A model generated the notes under the pieces. The model searched no databases and was not told the origin of the DNA. It was given only the letters and a program-made list of their open reading frames with translations. Positions 14,289 through 33,754 of a stretch of DNA of 64,000 bases are shown here, in pieces. Position 1 is the first letter of the stretch, and each line of letters begins with the position of its first letter. The DNA is from Balanoglossus misakiensis (taxonomy: Eukaryota; Animalia; Hemichordata), in the NCBI GenBank assembly GCA_040954595.2, contig CM082579.2, forward strand, positions 8,545,625 through 8,609,624. Direction: 5' to 3'. The translations under genes were made by a program, and so were the position numbers.

Positions 14289-17200
14289 CCTCTCTTACGC
14301 TAAGAAGGGGATAGCAGCGCGCCTTCAAAGGCAAATTTTCCTCGAGTAAATTTCCACCTGCCAAGCAGACGACCAATGTAGTAATGCGCTAATACCACCG
14401 TTGTGAAAGCACACGTGATTGCAATCTTCATGTACTATGTAGTACTTTTAACTAACACATGTTCCGAGTTCTGTGGAATATTCTGTAAAACATGATATTA
14501 CATGATGGACAGCGGGGAGGAGGCAAAGCAAACGAAGGGGGCATTTGTCTCCCTGCACCCCATTTTCTACGCACATGCAGAGATCAACGCCAAACAGCAA
14601 TTTGACATTTATTATATATTGCAAATCAAAATGTACAAATTCCAGACAAACGTTTTATTGTCATTTGCAGGTTAACCCATTGACCCAGGGTCTATGGTTG
14701 ATCAAACAACCGCGGTCACGCGAAGCATTCCTTTCATTGCATTCAATAGAAATCTCATTGAAACCTCAACATCTTCGTAAATACATGTATAGAATATCAT
14801 ATTACGAGAAAAATATAACCAGATCAGCAGGCTCAGGGTAACAACACAGCAGAAAGTGCATAAAAACACAGCAGCCGGGTTTAATTAACATATTTGGCGT
14901 AATACAGACAGGCATTCACACATTACTTAATATTATTATGACATACGCCCAAGTGAGCAGCAACACGCAATTTCTGAAATTAATTTCTAAAACTGCTTCG
15001 CTCGACACAACCTTCGGTGTTAAAGGTCACCGTGGCATTTTACTGCAAAGCCCTGGTAGCGGCGCCTTTCTGAACAAGACATTGCCCTCTAAATAATTCC
15101 TGAATAACAAGCGCTTGTGAATATATACTCGAGTATTTATGGTCAGTGTTGAATATATGCCCACCACTTGTACCTAGTAAAGTACCTGTCAATATGAGGT
15201 TTAGAGCGAGGTTTGTAAATCCATTCGAACAAGTACAATTACCCACGTTAACATTTTCACCCGTAAGCCACCCAAGTTTATACTCTGACTATGTAAAGGT
15301 TATCGAACGAAAGTGACTTCTACAAAACGCTGGTGTTATCAATTATGAAAGTGTCGTGGTGGTTATGCTGTTCTACTGGTATACTGACTCGCTCGCTCGC
15401 TCGCTCGAATCAAGAACACCCTGATCAAGCAGACAATGCTACTCACCAAAACACTGTAAACGATACATCGAGACAGTCCAAGTACGGTGATATATATAAG
15501 ATATAAAACCACGGTCACTCCGCAAAGACCTGATAAAACCCACCAGTAAAATGACTTAATGCTTGCGCCAAATTTGAGGTGACTTCGCCAGGACAACCCC
15601 AGGTTTAGCTGCTGGTGTGACGTTTGTTGACACGGAACTCCTTGACCAGACGGCGCTCCCGGACCGCGCAAAGGCGGACTGCCCTCATTAGGGATTGATA
15701 TATGGTTTGTGTACATGAAGGTTATGTGAACGGAGAGAGCCTCATATATTTACAACCAACTATTCGAAGTTATAAGGTGGCTGTGGAGTTTACGCAGCAC
15801 AGGAATTTTGATCATACTTCATCAAGTTTGATTTTTGAAACAAACTGGTCTGTCCCGTACGGACAATTATTACAAGAAACACGTCATGGTGGAAAATGTG
15901 ACCAACCAATGGTGTTTGCATTCATAAGAACAACGAGTTAAAATCTCCACACACTTTTACTATGTCTGAATCTGCCTATAATCCTCTGGTCACGATACAG
16001 AGAGTGTTCAGGTAATACCATTTTACTTTCGGCAATCAACACTTTGCCCGCCATGATGTGTCGGTGAAATCCGCAGCTGCTACAGTTTTGTATTCTCGTA
16101 AATCTTCATCTTAACATCTTACACAGCGCATTACATTAAGAATATTACACAATGTGCGTGTTCTTTTTCTGATCATCCCTGCGGTAAAAGCGATGGGTTG
16201 GAGTACAGTACATGTAATGGAAATCTGGCATATACAGATGTGAATTATCTGTCGCAGAAGTGCTAAAAATAACCAAAGCGTCAAGTCACGTATCCCAGGG
16301 TAATTTTGCACATTTTGTGTAAAATGGCGGTTCTGGGCAGACCAGAGATAATAATTACCCAGAACCCCCCGAGGGGATATTTTTGAATGCCTAGCACTTA
16401 CTTTCATTTTCAGTAGTAAATGGACTATTTCTTGGGTGTCAATGCACTATAAACTGGCAATTATATGAGCGTTGTAACTCTAGTTGTCGACTTGATGATG
16501 TAGACATTCCGCCACTTTGTTTCGTGACAGACCCATGCTTGTGCGTTATTTTCCTCAATGTGTGCACATTGTATATTTTGAAAAGAAAATTATATTCGTG
16601 TTTAAACCGGCTTTTTAAGCAGAGGTTTATAGCAGAACCCAAGAAAAAAGATGGCGACGTCGACACACCTGTTGAACCCAAAGTGCGCAGATGAACCATG
16701 AGGTTATGACTAATCACGTGTTTGGGTAATGACTGATCAGGTGTATATATGTACAATATAAAAACTGAGTGACGTCACTGACATCAATAATTAGAGCGGC
16801 GAGTGTACAAGCAAATTACCTCATGTTTTAATGGTGTTTTCGTCATGGGCTGTGGCGCACGCTAACAGTTATGTATCACCGTTCTCTCATATTTCTTTGG
16901 GAAAGTTTATTAGTTTGTTGTCCCTGGTGACACTTCGTCATGTCCCTTACTTGACCTTCTCTAGCAGACGTGGTGCATACAATATTTTCTGTTGTAAACA
17001 TGAGATTCTCTGTCACTTATGAGGTTCCTGGCAGAATATTTAAAATATGCTTATTTTACAACATCGAGCTACATTATCAACAGAGTTTGCAGTCACTGAT
17101 GGAAGTGTTTATTTGTTTTAAGGGGGCTTTATACTATAGCAAAAAATACTTGAAAAGGGTATAAACCGTCCCACGTACGTTCAGTATGGTTGTGTGAAAG

Positions 17201-18144
17201 TCTGGTGGATTTCCAATCATCGGGTTTTGAGTTACATTATTTAGAAGAAACAGTGACGTGTCGAAATGACAAGCTGAGAAAATGTTAATTAAAGACGGGA
17301 CCCCAGTGCGTCAAGTTGCGTGAGAAATTGCCCTTTCATATACTGCGCAGAGGGACTCCGGAGGCTTGCGAGTAGAAAACAGTTTTCGGTGGGAAATCTT
17401 CTTTGGGTAATGATTCAGATATACTATGAGTTGTGTCCTAAAAACCTGTTTCTTGCACTTGGCAAATTGTAAAGTTTGATCAAAATCGCCATTCCGGCAC
17501 GCGATGGTCTGCAGACATTTCAACGGAAAATTGAATTTCAGTCTGAATGGTGAGAGAGAAATGCCAATCGACATATTGACGATTGATGGCGTTTTGTTAA
17601 TTATAAGACTCCCGAGGGTCCGAGAAGACTCCGTGTCTATTTTAACCTTTCCAATGTTTTTTTTTACTGGTCATGCACCACGCAGTTTATGTTTTGACGA
17701 AATTGCTTGAACGATGATGAATCGCGTTGCCTCGGTGACCCCTGCAGATTCGACCTTTCTTGAACTTTATGCCAACAACAGAAGCTGACTAGGACCATGG
17801 GGAGTTCCTTGTTGGCGGTTTTCTTATGCCAGTTCCTTTTGGCATTGTGTATCGCCTGTGCATAATCTACCGCCCGGTTTTCCCTCTATGGAACGTCTGG
17901 AAATTGCGAAAGTGTGATATACAATCATAAATGAGAATCTATTGGATTCAGCGTAGCACAAAACAGCTTCATAGGAGGCATGTTACAAGTAAGTCGCCCC
18001 ATCCGGAATGGAATGATATATTCTAACAATTTTGACATATTCTAGATTCATTTCCTGGCAATGAATTTGCATAAGCTTATCATCCTTGCTCTAGTTTTAA
18101 TACGTAGGCGACATGTACATACATGTATATTCCATACGATGACT

Positions 18145-18171
18145 ACATTACATTACATTACATTACATTAC
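18145..18171. repeat. (ACATT)n pentamer repeat
   Basis: Seen directly. Confidence 0.9.
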
Positions 18172-19506
18172 TTTTATCGACCACCTCCCCTGTAAATTCG
18201 TAAAAACCTTCCCACTTTTGTCTAATCACCGTGTTGCGATGGCAACGGCAAATCGATCTTTACTGTGCGCGTGACAGCGCAAAGTCGTTTGCGTCTGGTC
18301 GGTAGCAATAACCCATTGAAATTCTTTACCGAAAGATGGCGCTGTAAGACTCTCATGATTTGTCGCCGTTTTGATTAATAGAGGCGGTACAAAGTCACGT
18401 TTTTATGGTGTTAACCTTTTTACATTGTCTATATGCTCTTTTTCCAAACCATGACTAGTTGAGAAAACGCGGGTTTTACATAATATGCAGAAACTTTGTG
18501 TGTTCCATAAATAAAAAACTTAAGAGAAATTATATCTAGCTTTCTTTGTTCCTAATTGTCGGTGCCTGAAAGGTTTTCTCTTTCATTTTAAATGATTTAT
18601 ATTAGCTCTTTAGCAAATCGACCATGCATAGTGAAAATATAATGACATGGATTTTTGATTAGTTTGTTTAATACTATAATAACTGATGCGTTCATCAGGT
18701 ACTTGAATACAAGTCTTTTGTCTGTTTGACAATAATAAATTATACAAAAGTTGATTAAAACACAATACATGTAGGTGCCTACTAGTATACACACTGTACA
18801 ACCGTTTACTGATTACTCGGGCCTAACTGAAGTCCTGCTCAATATTAGACGAGTAAGTCTCGAGGGGTAACATGTATGAAAGCGTAGAACTGACAGTTTA
18901 ATTATTACAAACTCCATCTTCAAGTTAAGCGATTATATATTATAGAAGTGGAAACATGCTTGGCCAGTGTACATCCTCAGTGACCAAAATTTGAAGATAG
19001 TAGGTACTGTGGGTCTTAATGAGCGTGCAAAAAAGTCTTTAGAATAATTTCAGACATCCAATTTGGTCGTAGAATTCATCGAGGACGAGTGCCATATATT
19101 TGCCATTAATCATCTTCGCCTAAGCGATTCGGTTATGACTGCCACTAGTACTGGCGTCACATTCCAAGTCGCAAGATCTTGTCTTGCTGATATATGAATT
19201 TCGATTCATATCAGTTTGAGCATGGAGGTAGCGAAGAGTGATCATTGCATCTGAATAAGCGGTGAAAAAAATGTCGATCAACTTTCCGAAGTGATGCAAA
19301 CTTCCAGAGTTTGAAGTTGAATGTGAACTATATTTGCCCGGAGGGAAATATGAGAGCTTATGTTAAAAATCTACGATTTCAGATATTTTCCTTTTCTTTC
19401 CTTAGCAGGCTTGTGTGATTTCTTTTTTGTGGTTTAATTTCCTTTAGTTAGAGGTACTGCAGAGCACGGTCGGAACACAGACAAAGAAGGTCCACTCAGC
19501 TGCTAT

Positions 19507-19565
19507 GTGACGTCTTCGCTCGTCACGTGAGGGCAGTGTTTACGCGTGACCTAGGTCAAAGGTCA
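19507..19565 (+). promoter_or_regulatory. Candidate AADAT proximal promoter cluster: CRE-like TGACGTC, E-box GTCACGTGA, Fox TGTTTAC, perfect nuclear-receptor DR1 AGGTCAAAGGTCA (19553-19565)
   Basis: Motifs read directly, 110-170 bp upstream of the ATG. Function is inferred. Confidence 0.55.
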
Positions 19566-19677
19566 GACTCGCTCAGGTGACGATTTGCGGCGGCGACTGT
19601 TGTTGTTCGTCCATTGAAAGTTATTGGGTGAATTTGGTTTCATTATGTAACGTGCACAACTCCAGAGAAGACTCAAA

Positions 19678-25108
<5,431 letters not shown>

Positions 25109-28100
25109 ATTCTGGGAAGGAAATTCACTGGGTGTAAAGAATATGTGCTGTATACAGCGTGGGTCTTTAGCATATGGAAATTAGTAGCCTTTAGTAATTG
25201 TCGCAGTATGGGATTCTGTGTTGGGTTTGATGGAAATTAGCAATTGTGAAAGTATGGGATTCAATGTGGTGTTTAGAGAGATGTTAACAGTATGTGTCAA
25301 TTGATCATAGCAATACTTTTATGATTCAACAGGGGAGAATGAAGAAAACGTGAGGCATGAAATGCCCATCTCCCCTGTTCTGACATATTTTGACAGTGTC
25401 TACTGACGTAGTTTTATCATAGACAATACAGCAGTGCGGCCTGTTTTAGAAAGCAGAATGTATACCTTTACCCATGAAGCAAGGTAGATTTGAAAAAAAT
25501 GGTGGCGTGGTCCATTTGGAGAGCGACGCTTTGCTTTGGGACGAAAAATGAAAAATGTCCAACAGCAACTTGATTTGTTATCGACTAATTTGTAACAGTC
25601 TACCAGCCAGCAGAGAAAGCATGTTTTGTCTTTTGATCACTGACAGAAAATCTCTCGTGTCAACGGCAAGCGAGAATGGAAGATCTAATTCAGTGGGCTC
25701 CACCAGTTGTGGCATTTCTTTTAGCTTTTGGGTGTTAAAGATAGCATGTAATCATTTGATGTCGATGATGAAAACTGTCTGTACGTTGTCGGGTGATAGT
25801 TGTCACACCTGCTTGAGATCTTCGTCTGTTGCCATGTACATGTATTTGTGAATGTGAGAAAACTGTGCATGTCAAATAAACCTCAGTGTCCCTTACTGTC
25901 AATCGTGTCATTTGCTTTATTTGGTGTAAATGATGCCATATGGTTTCACGCCTGTATCTATCTGCAGTTTTATACAATGAAAACAGTTTGAGCTTCATAG
26001 AAGAAGTGTACTGTAAATGACACTCCATTTTGTGTGTATTAGCAACACAGTCAAAAAGACACACTTTTCCTTTTCAAGGCGAAAATTTCATTGTACAAAG
26101 CTATCATCCAAAGAATAATTCTGACCAGTGATATAATGTGATGAATATTAAAATATATCAAAAGCATACAGTTCGTCATGAGATGCCATTTACCCTCTGG
26201 GCAACAGTGGAACATCGGGAAATGGACGTAGAGATGGTACGTAATATAATACAATTTGGAATGGGCCATTAAAGGGGAACTGGCCTGTGCGAGAACCGTT
26301 TCACTATCGCTTCATTTATTGAAGGTATTTTCGATATGCGCGCCTGTGGGGGAGGGGGGGGGTCTTAAACGTACTGTAAAACACTGTCAAGTTCACGTCA
26401 GCGCTACTGCGCCGTCGCTGATGTATCCCGAACTCGTCTCGAAAAATATCCGATTCACGGGAGACGAACGGCGCACATTTTTTTCGCGTTCTCTTATCAG
26501 CAAACGATACTATGTGCCGCTACACTGTTGAAGCCCGGGCGAAATCAACCACGGTCACTCCCGCTCTGTGGAATGACCGTGAATCAATGCAACGAAGCCA
26601 ATAGATCACGTTGACTCCAATCAAGGCATAGCAATAATCGCGCCTTCTTCCTCTCATTTAGGCCGGGAAACGACTTCGGTATCTAAGATCAAAATTCAGA
26701 TTGACGTTTATGTCATCAGCAGTCTGAGGTAATCATTTAAACTATAAATTTGCAGGCTTATTAAACTATGGACCTTTTACGTTTAAAAAACCCTTCAAGG
26801 TTTACATCGTAACGAAACGTTTGATATTGTAACCAGAGCGCTAGTGAAAGTTGGAATATCTACTAGAGCAATGACGATATTTTGTAAAGACAAAACCCCA
26901 GAGCTGATATCAAAGTTATGTGAATCAGGTATTTATAATATTAAGTTAAAGCCCCATGGTGTAAACTTAGTTTGCTTTTTGTCATGATTTTACATTCAAA
27001 CGAAAGGTATCGCATGTAAACGTGCTTACCGAGGGGTTAGTATTAACATTGATGGGAACATAATAGTTGTAGACATAAACACATGTTGTCACTGAATATA
27101 TTGGTTGCAACCACAATATGGCCGCCCCAATTAAACTACACAGATGAGGAGTGGCCGCTTTAATGTTCGTGCCAGTTGTATTGCCGATGAAAGTCGTGCT
27201 GCTCTAAAAAAATACTTCAGTGCCGGAAGCGGTGCGCCCCTTTAACACGGAGACTGCATACTAAGACTGATGCGAGTGAATAAACAAATCCCGACTGAAA
27301 ACGCTCTGCATTATTTTTAACTTACACGCGGGTGGGAGACACAGATTCTATTCAGATACATGTGCCAACAATATCGTCCAACGAACCTTTGAATTCCAGG
27401 CGTATTCTGTTCAGCGTCGTTACGGTAACATTCAAATGCGAACATCACGTAACACTCATATACACACCGTGACAGCCACTTTGAAAATGAGCGTGTGGTC
27501 ATGGCACGTGCGAGTGGGCTGCGTGTATATAAGGCCCTACCATCGTTCCTAAAGGAAATACAGCTACGATTATGCGAGTGCCGCAACCTGGAACGCACCT
27601 GCAGAACACAGCCAACAATATAATCATTTGCCGCGACAATCCCTCAAATCAATATCCGTTCACTTGTTGATTGGTCTGGCTTGTGGACGGCAGACCATCA
27701 ATGATTACATTTTCCATGACAGTTAGCTTTAACGTTTGCTCATTCTGGCTGCGGGATTGTATGAAGCGTGCATATTACGGTGGCTAATTCACACATATGA
27801 AAACGGGTAACAGCAATAACATCTGAAACAGGTCTAATACACAGTACCCCAAAAGAAACGACAGATATAAGTAACAGACTTTAAAGCTCGTATAGCGATT
27901 GCGCACATAACTTACCAATTTCTCGACGTCACCCGCAGCTCTGTCTTGTCGTATAAATTTTGCGCCGGTTCGCGACGGATCCGTCCGGAGATGCAAGCAG
28001 GAAAATTGGATGGAGCACTTTTTCAGTATATGTTGATCTGTCTTCTGGAACAACGTTCTCATTAATATACAGGTTGAATTGTCATTTAAATCGCCCGTGA

Positions 28101-29258
28101 TCTTATCAAAAGTCGGCGCAGCGAATCCACCGGCTTTTGTGTTCACCTGTTATGGTAAAATTAATTCGTGACGTGGAGGTTTATGATTGGTGACAAACTG
28201 GTAGTTTCGATTATCCGTATTCTGCTCTGATCCAAACCGCAGATCTCAGTTCAGCAGTTGGATTTAGAATTTCCGCATTCAACTAAATATTAAAGTTTCT
28301 TTGCTCATTTTGAATTTCTAGTCATAAGTTACGCACACACCAAATTAGGGGGAAAACGTAACACGTCACTGAATTCAGCGGAAGGGTCCTGGTAGCACCG
28401 CTTATGTTCACACAATCGCTTTATACAATCGTTATAATGTTAACAATCATGTATTTTGGGAAATTTTGCGTCGTGTCAGGACATGTCGGCACGGTTGCTT
28501 GTATTGTTTTCACTGTACTATATATGGGTCTCTGGAATATTTTTTCAGTGGGAGAGTTCGGTCGAAACAAAGAATTATTCTACTTTGTGCTCGGTAAATT
28601 TATTCACTTCATTGTACACACCATTTTACTCGACTACCTGAAACGATTTGTCACTTACAGTACAGAAAGATAACAGCCCATGCAGTCAAAGGTTATGTAC
28701 ATATTTGTTCATATTTGCGACTTTATCATGAATACATGTGCATCGTGTTCCGAGTCTAGGCAACTTCATTTCAACTTCATTTTACAATGTCTTGGGTGCC
28801 AGTTGTAGACGGGTACCAGTGATGAGTCGCTTTGAGAATGATTGTTTTATTAATTAACAGTTTCGCCCAAACTGAGCTCAGTAGCGTGTACAAATCTACA
28901 GATTTGAAGAGACTGGGCACATGCAGAGGGCGCTAGTGTCGATATGCATATGAAGCGAATCTGGCGACTCAAGTATTTTGGCACGAGAATCTTTAGGCGT
29001 TAGCGAAGCGTTCACTGACACTGGAATGGAATGGAATTATATTTGACGTCACAGACACATAAAACATTTAAGGTTACAGTTATCTTGAGTAATATTTCAC
29101 CGAAATGGTTTTGACTGCTGTCTCTGGAATATTTAGTGAAAACAGTGAGGTGGGTATTCTTGCAATTCTCCTTATGTTATAGTTACTAAGATACACGATC
29201 AAGTTCTGCTTTGTGTTCTGATGTGAGGAAACCAATAATCCCCCTCTCTTATCCTCTC

Positions 29259-31076
29259 CTAGGAGACAGCACAGTTACAACCTTCTTCTACCTGGGGAAC
29301 GGGTGGCAGTACTTCGGCCGGCGGCTCCTCATATTCGCCGTGCATGTAGATGCGAATCACCCGCAAAAAGTAAACGAGGTGACGACCGAGTTCGTGGTGG
29401 ATTGTATCATCCTCGTGTATTCGGTCACGGTATACTTTGATCTCAAATGTCTCAACACCCATGAGGATTGCACCTAAAATTAAAGAAACAACAACATATA
29501 TGCACGTTTGCCCTAAAGAGAAAACATTACATGAACTTCCGGTATGGTTTGTTCTTGATTTTGTTTTTGGAAACAATATTAAAGGTGAGAAGTCGTCCGA
29601 ACTGCACATCAGCACATGCGCGACTTTTCTGTTTATAAACACGCATAATCAACACTGTTCCCACAAAGAGGCCCTGTCAATGGCAACCAAAACATGTTAT
29701 TATGATATTTAAGTGACTTGAAATGGGACAGAGCGTATAGCAACGATTATTTGCAGCTGTAACACGTTGCACATATAAACCTGACTGCACATGCGTTCTA
29801 AGGGACCCATGCCCGCACTGAGCCGCCGCAGACGAGACGACACCCACTCTTTAAACGGCGCAGCAGTTTCTACTCTTTCTGTCTTACCGGTGGCATTCAA
29901 CCAGGCTACAATTCGTTGCAGCGTCTGCTGGTGGCCCTCAAACGATCCGCCGTACTTCAGCATACAAGGAACGAACGTCCTGTGGGTGATAACTGGCGGC
30001 GGGTGTGACGGGATTGACTCGCGCGGTTTGACGTACCCCACTCTTAATACCTTGACGAAAGTCACTTTTGATTGCTCGTGGTGCAGGTAGGATGACTTAT
30101 GGGTGTTGATGTCAAGATCTGTAAAAACAAAAACAAAAGCACATGTGTACTATTAAAAATCATGTGCATATCAGAACAAATGTTCTGAGAGTTCGCGAGG
30201 GCAATATGCCAGACAACTAATTGGTATCGGTGCATAACCAATAATAGGATTGATTGATTGATTGATCGATCGATCGATTGATTGATTGATTGATTGATTG
30301 CCATGAACAAATAGGTTTGCAAATATACCTACTTGCATCACTTCCAAATTCATAATAACGACATTTCACGTCCAAAGTTTGCAGTGTACACAGTCTAATG
30401 CCGTGTTGGTCAGCTGCCCATCTTCTTGCTCGACCAACAACCTGAAAGAACGATTCTGTGGGATGCTTCGGGTTTCTACCATCTTGTGAAATTCTAGGGA
30501 CGAAGTCGACGATGCCTGGTTTCAGAAGGAAAAAAGTGAATCAAGCCGCTATGTCATGTGTATGGATTGTTATCAGGTCCAACATTTTCAGCTTATGACA
30601 TCACACTGTCCTCTTCTCATTCATGGCATGACCGACCATTTGCATTGCAACTCACAATATACAATTTTCAAGTCATGTGAGTCGAAAATGGTATAGGTCG
30701 TGGGTTTGAAAATGTGGCACTCATTGTCATCTGAATACAACTTCGTCCCGAGAATAAATTCTCTTCCAAATCTCCAGGTGGAACTGGAATTTAATCTAAC
30801 TGAACAGGACAAAATTCAACAACTGTGACATGTCGGGGTGGGATACTGTATTGAGGGCGCAAAATGCGAACTTGGCGCGCCCATATTCAGTGACAAGAAA
30901 CACTTACCTATTTGTTCATACATAGGGGGACCTATTATGTAGAAGACACGAAATATGAACAAATAGAGTATGTCTGCATGGGGAGAGTACCAACGGCTCT
31001 TGTCGGGATCAACGCCACCCGTTGGCAAACCTTTGTGGATTTTTATATCTTGCGTTTCTATGGTTATAATGCGACC

Positions 31077-31129
<53 letters not shown>

Positions 31130-33754
31130 CAATTAAAAGCTTAGCCCGCGACTTAATTCCAAAACACACGCTATGCCAAATGCCAAACTTAATTCAGCAT
31201 CACACAAGTAATTGTCTGGTTCAGACATCTTAAGATTAAAACTTGGCCAAACATTTAACGAAGGCTGAGACTGGCAATGTGAGCCCGTCAAGTACCTTGT
31301 ATCGGATTTTCTTCTAAATATCCGTTAAGTCTGGATAACGTGTGTCCGAGTTCCTCGAACTTGGGACCACGCAGCAAGCCACCTTCACTGACGCACTTCG
31401 GTACACAGTTGACGTAACCAATTTGGTCTCCACCGTAACTGGCCATGGGCATTGTTCGTTGACCATACCACAATCTAAGCAAAGAATATATACATGTATG
31501 GACAAACACTCGTACCCGAAACAGTGTCCTTATAATTTAGCTATAGCATAAAATATTTTAACCTGAGTCTACCAACACATTTAGCGTTTGATATGTGAAC
31601 CGTGACAAATACCAAATGCCAAACCGATGGAGTATTGGGCCTGGACAGAGAAAACAGGGAGGGACTGATGAAGTTCAAAGAATGGATGCACGAAAAATAG
31701 TACAGTGACTTTTTGGTCATAGACTCGACCCCCATTTTACGAGGGATGTTTACTTTCAGAGAGCGTTCGTGTATGAAAAAAAATAACGCCACCCTATAGC
31801 GCTCTGTCAATAAAATAATGACACCCCCCGAAAAAAAATATCATACAGAAGCAAAAGACCCGCTCCGTATTAATTCCATCAAGGCCCTTGCAGTCACAGG
31901 TGGGTCGACGTCTCGTGCAAGGTTGACACTGCTCAGCGTCTGCAGTGATGAGTGACTCTCCCCCGCTTTAGAAGGAGGAGGAGGACTTTTCAACCGCCGA
32001 AAAGAGCCAAAATAAGAGGGGTAAAACCGGGAATTGATTAGGTGTAACGCGCAGGTCCGTCCGACTTACGGTATGTTGTGTTGGTGTTCACAAGAACTTA
32101 CCTCAAGCCCCGAACCATGTACAGCTGTCGTGGGTCGTCATCTCTCACTGCTTTATCAGGATCCACGTACTTGCTCTTGGAGGACCTCACCTCCAGACTC
32201 TCGCATCCCTTGACTTCCAGAGAAGGGTGTTCAGCTAACCACTGGTTGGCCCTCCCCACCACAACGCTTTGGGGAAAAGGTTAAGTTTAAGGGCCAGGTC
32301 AGTTTGGGTAAGGGTATATTTTTAAGATGTCAGACTATGAAGAGCAGTTTTGAGAATACAGCGATCTCCCAAAAGAAATGAAAGATAGCAAATTGTTACC
32401 TGTCTGTAGTATCTTTTCTAACGATAACAAGGACTGGTGTCAAATGTTATATTTTCTTCGAAGAGAAAACGCCGGTAGAAGGAAATTGTGACGTCACGAA
32501 GACCAGCGTGCCAAATTTGACTTGAATCCGTTCAGTCTTTCTTGAGATATCGTGCACACAGACAGACAGACAGACACAGACACACACACACACACACACA
32601 CAGTCACACAGAAAAGGCGACGACATAAGCTCACGTGTGTGTACAAACTTGAGCTACAAAAAGGACGCCGTGATCTATACGCCTACTATATAGGCTGTTT
32701 TACGAGGCAACAAGGAAAGTCTGCGCGAGGCCAACGACCGACCTGGACAGTTCAAAATGATCATTTATTCATTCAGAGCATGCAATGAGGCGCCCGGTAA
32801 TCATCCAACGTCGTAGATCATCGCCGGCCATGGGCTGCGGGCCCGGGGAGTGATGCAATCTAAAGAGACAGGGTACGGAATTCACATCAAATCCTGATGG
32901 AGTGTAGATAGGCATATATATCCATCATTTGATTTTCGAAGGTTAATACCAGTATACCACGTCATGCATGAACGGCATTTGTCTGGGTAAATGATTGTTG
33001 AAGTCAATAGTTGAATGCTGTATTCTTGAGCATTGGCACAAAATACGCAATTCGCCATGTCTGTGTATTATGACGAGTGCACGTATGATCAATATGCGTA
33101 CAGATGACTAAATCGCTTAGTTTGATACTCTACATGTGATTTCAGTAAGAATGGACACAAAGTATGCAAGTGGTTCTGAAAATATTCTCAGATTTGTGAT
33201 ATCTTAAATTTGATCGATTCATCACATCATAAGATGTAAGGCAAGCCTAGTTATCAGTAAGCAATCCAACTTAATAACTGGTCAGGCTATGCCATGAATA
33301 TCCCGACTTCTGTAAAACAGGCTATAATAAATCATAATTATAATATTTATAATAATGTATAGTCATATGCGTACAGAGTACACAGCGACTGAAAATAGAG
33401 CCTGGCTAACTATGTGTATGTGCCCCACGTTTGTGTACGACAATCTATAGTGCCCCTCGCACATACAGAATTTTCTGACCTTGAAATGACCCCGCGTTCA
33501 TGACCTTGCCGGCATATAAAACGTCCTAATTTTTGAAGAACAGTCCCTGTTCGAGGGGGGAACGTGGTTGAAGAAGCTTACCCGAATCTTTCAAATTCCG
33601 GATCGCTGAAAATCCCGCACTCAAGGCACTCCGGAAAGAAATCTTTAAAAGCTAAGATCAATGTGGAATCACCTTCCGATGTGGCCGGGCGGTTGGGATG
33701 GTGATGCAGATGGGGTCGAGTTGTCCCATAACCATCTTCACCGAGGTGGCTCAT
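29259..33754 (-). CDS. Uncharacterised 437-aa protein with four ~100-aa internal repeats and a C-terminal CAAX box (CNCAVS); exons 33582-33754, 32102-32266, 31296-31474, 30908-31075, 30333-30515, 29888-30118, 29259-29473
   Basis: Seven GT-AG exons total 1314 nt with consistent phases (2,2,1,1,1,1). The start is aaaATG with an in-frame stop upstream. The repeated motif is [DTN][FC]xP...E....(V/T)..R...(W/Y)L......(E/Q)(T/S).(E/D)(V/I)...R(V/L/I)xY. Confidence 0.85.
30248..30300. repeat. (GATT/GATC)n microsatellite
   Basis: Seen directly. Confidence 0.95.
31083..31127. repeat. (AG)n microsatellite; on the minus strand it forms the pyrimidine tract of the exon-4 acceptor of the CAAX gene
   Basis: Seen directly; the minus strand reads (CT)n-gcaatag|GT. 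Confidence 0.95.

Noticed and set aside
15363-15716. 117-aa ORF with a hydrophobic C-terminal half
   Set aside because: No family motif or splice support, and it runs into a (GCGA)n repeat.
26269-27245. Possible TTAAAGGGG...CCCCTTTAA element
   Set aside because: Only 9 bp of inverted match, too short to call.
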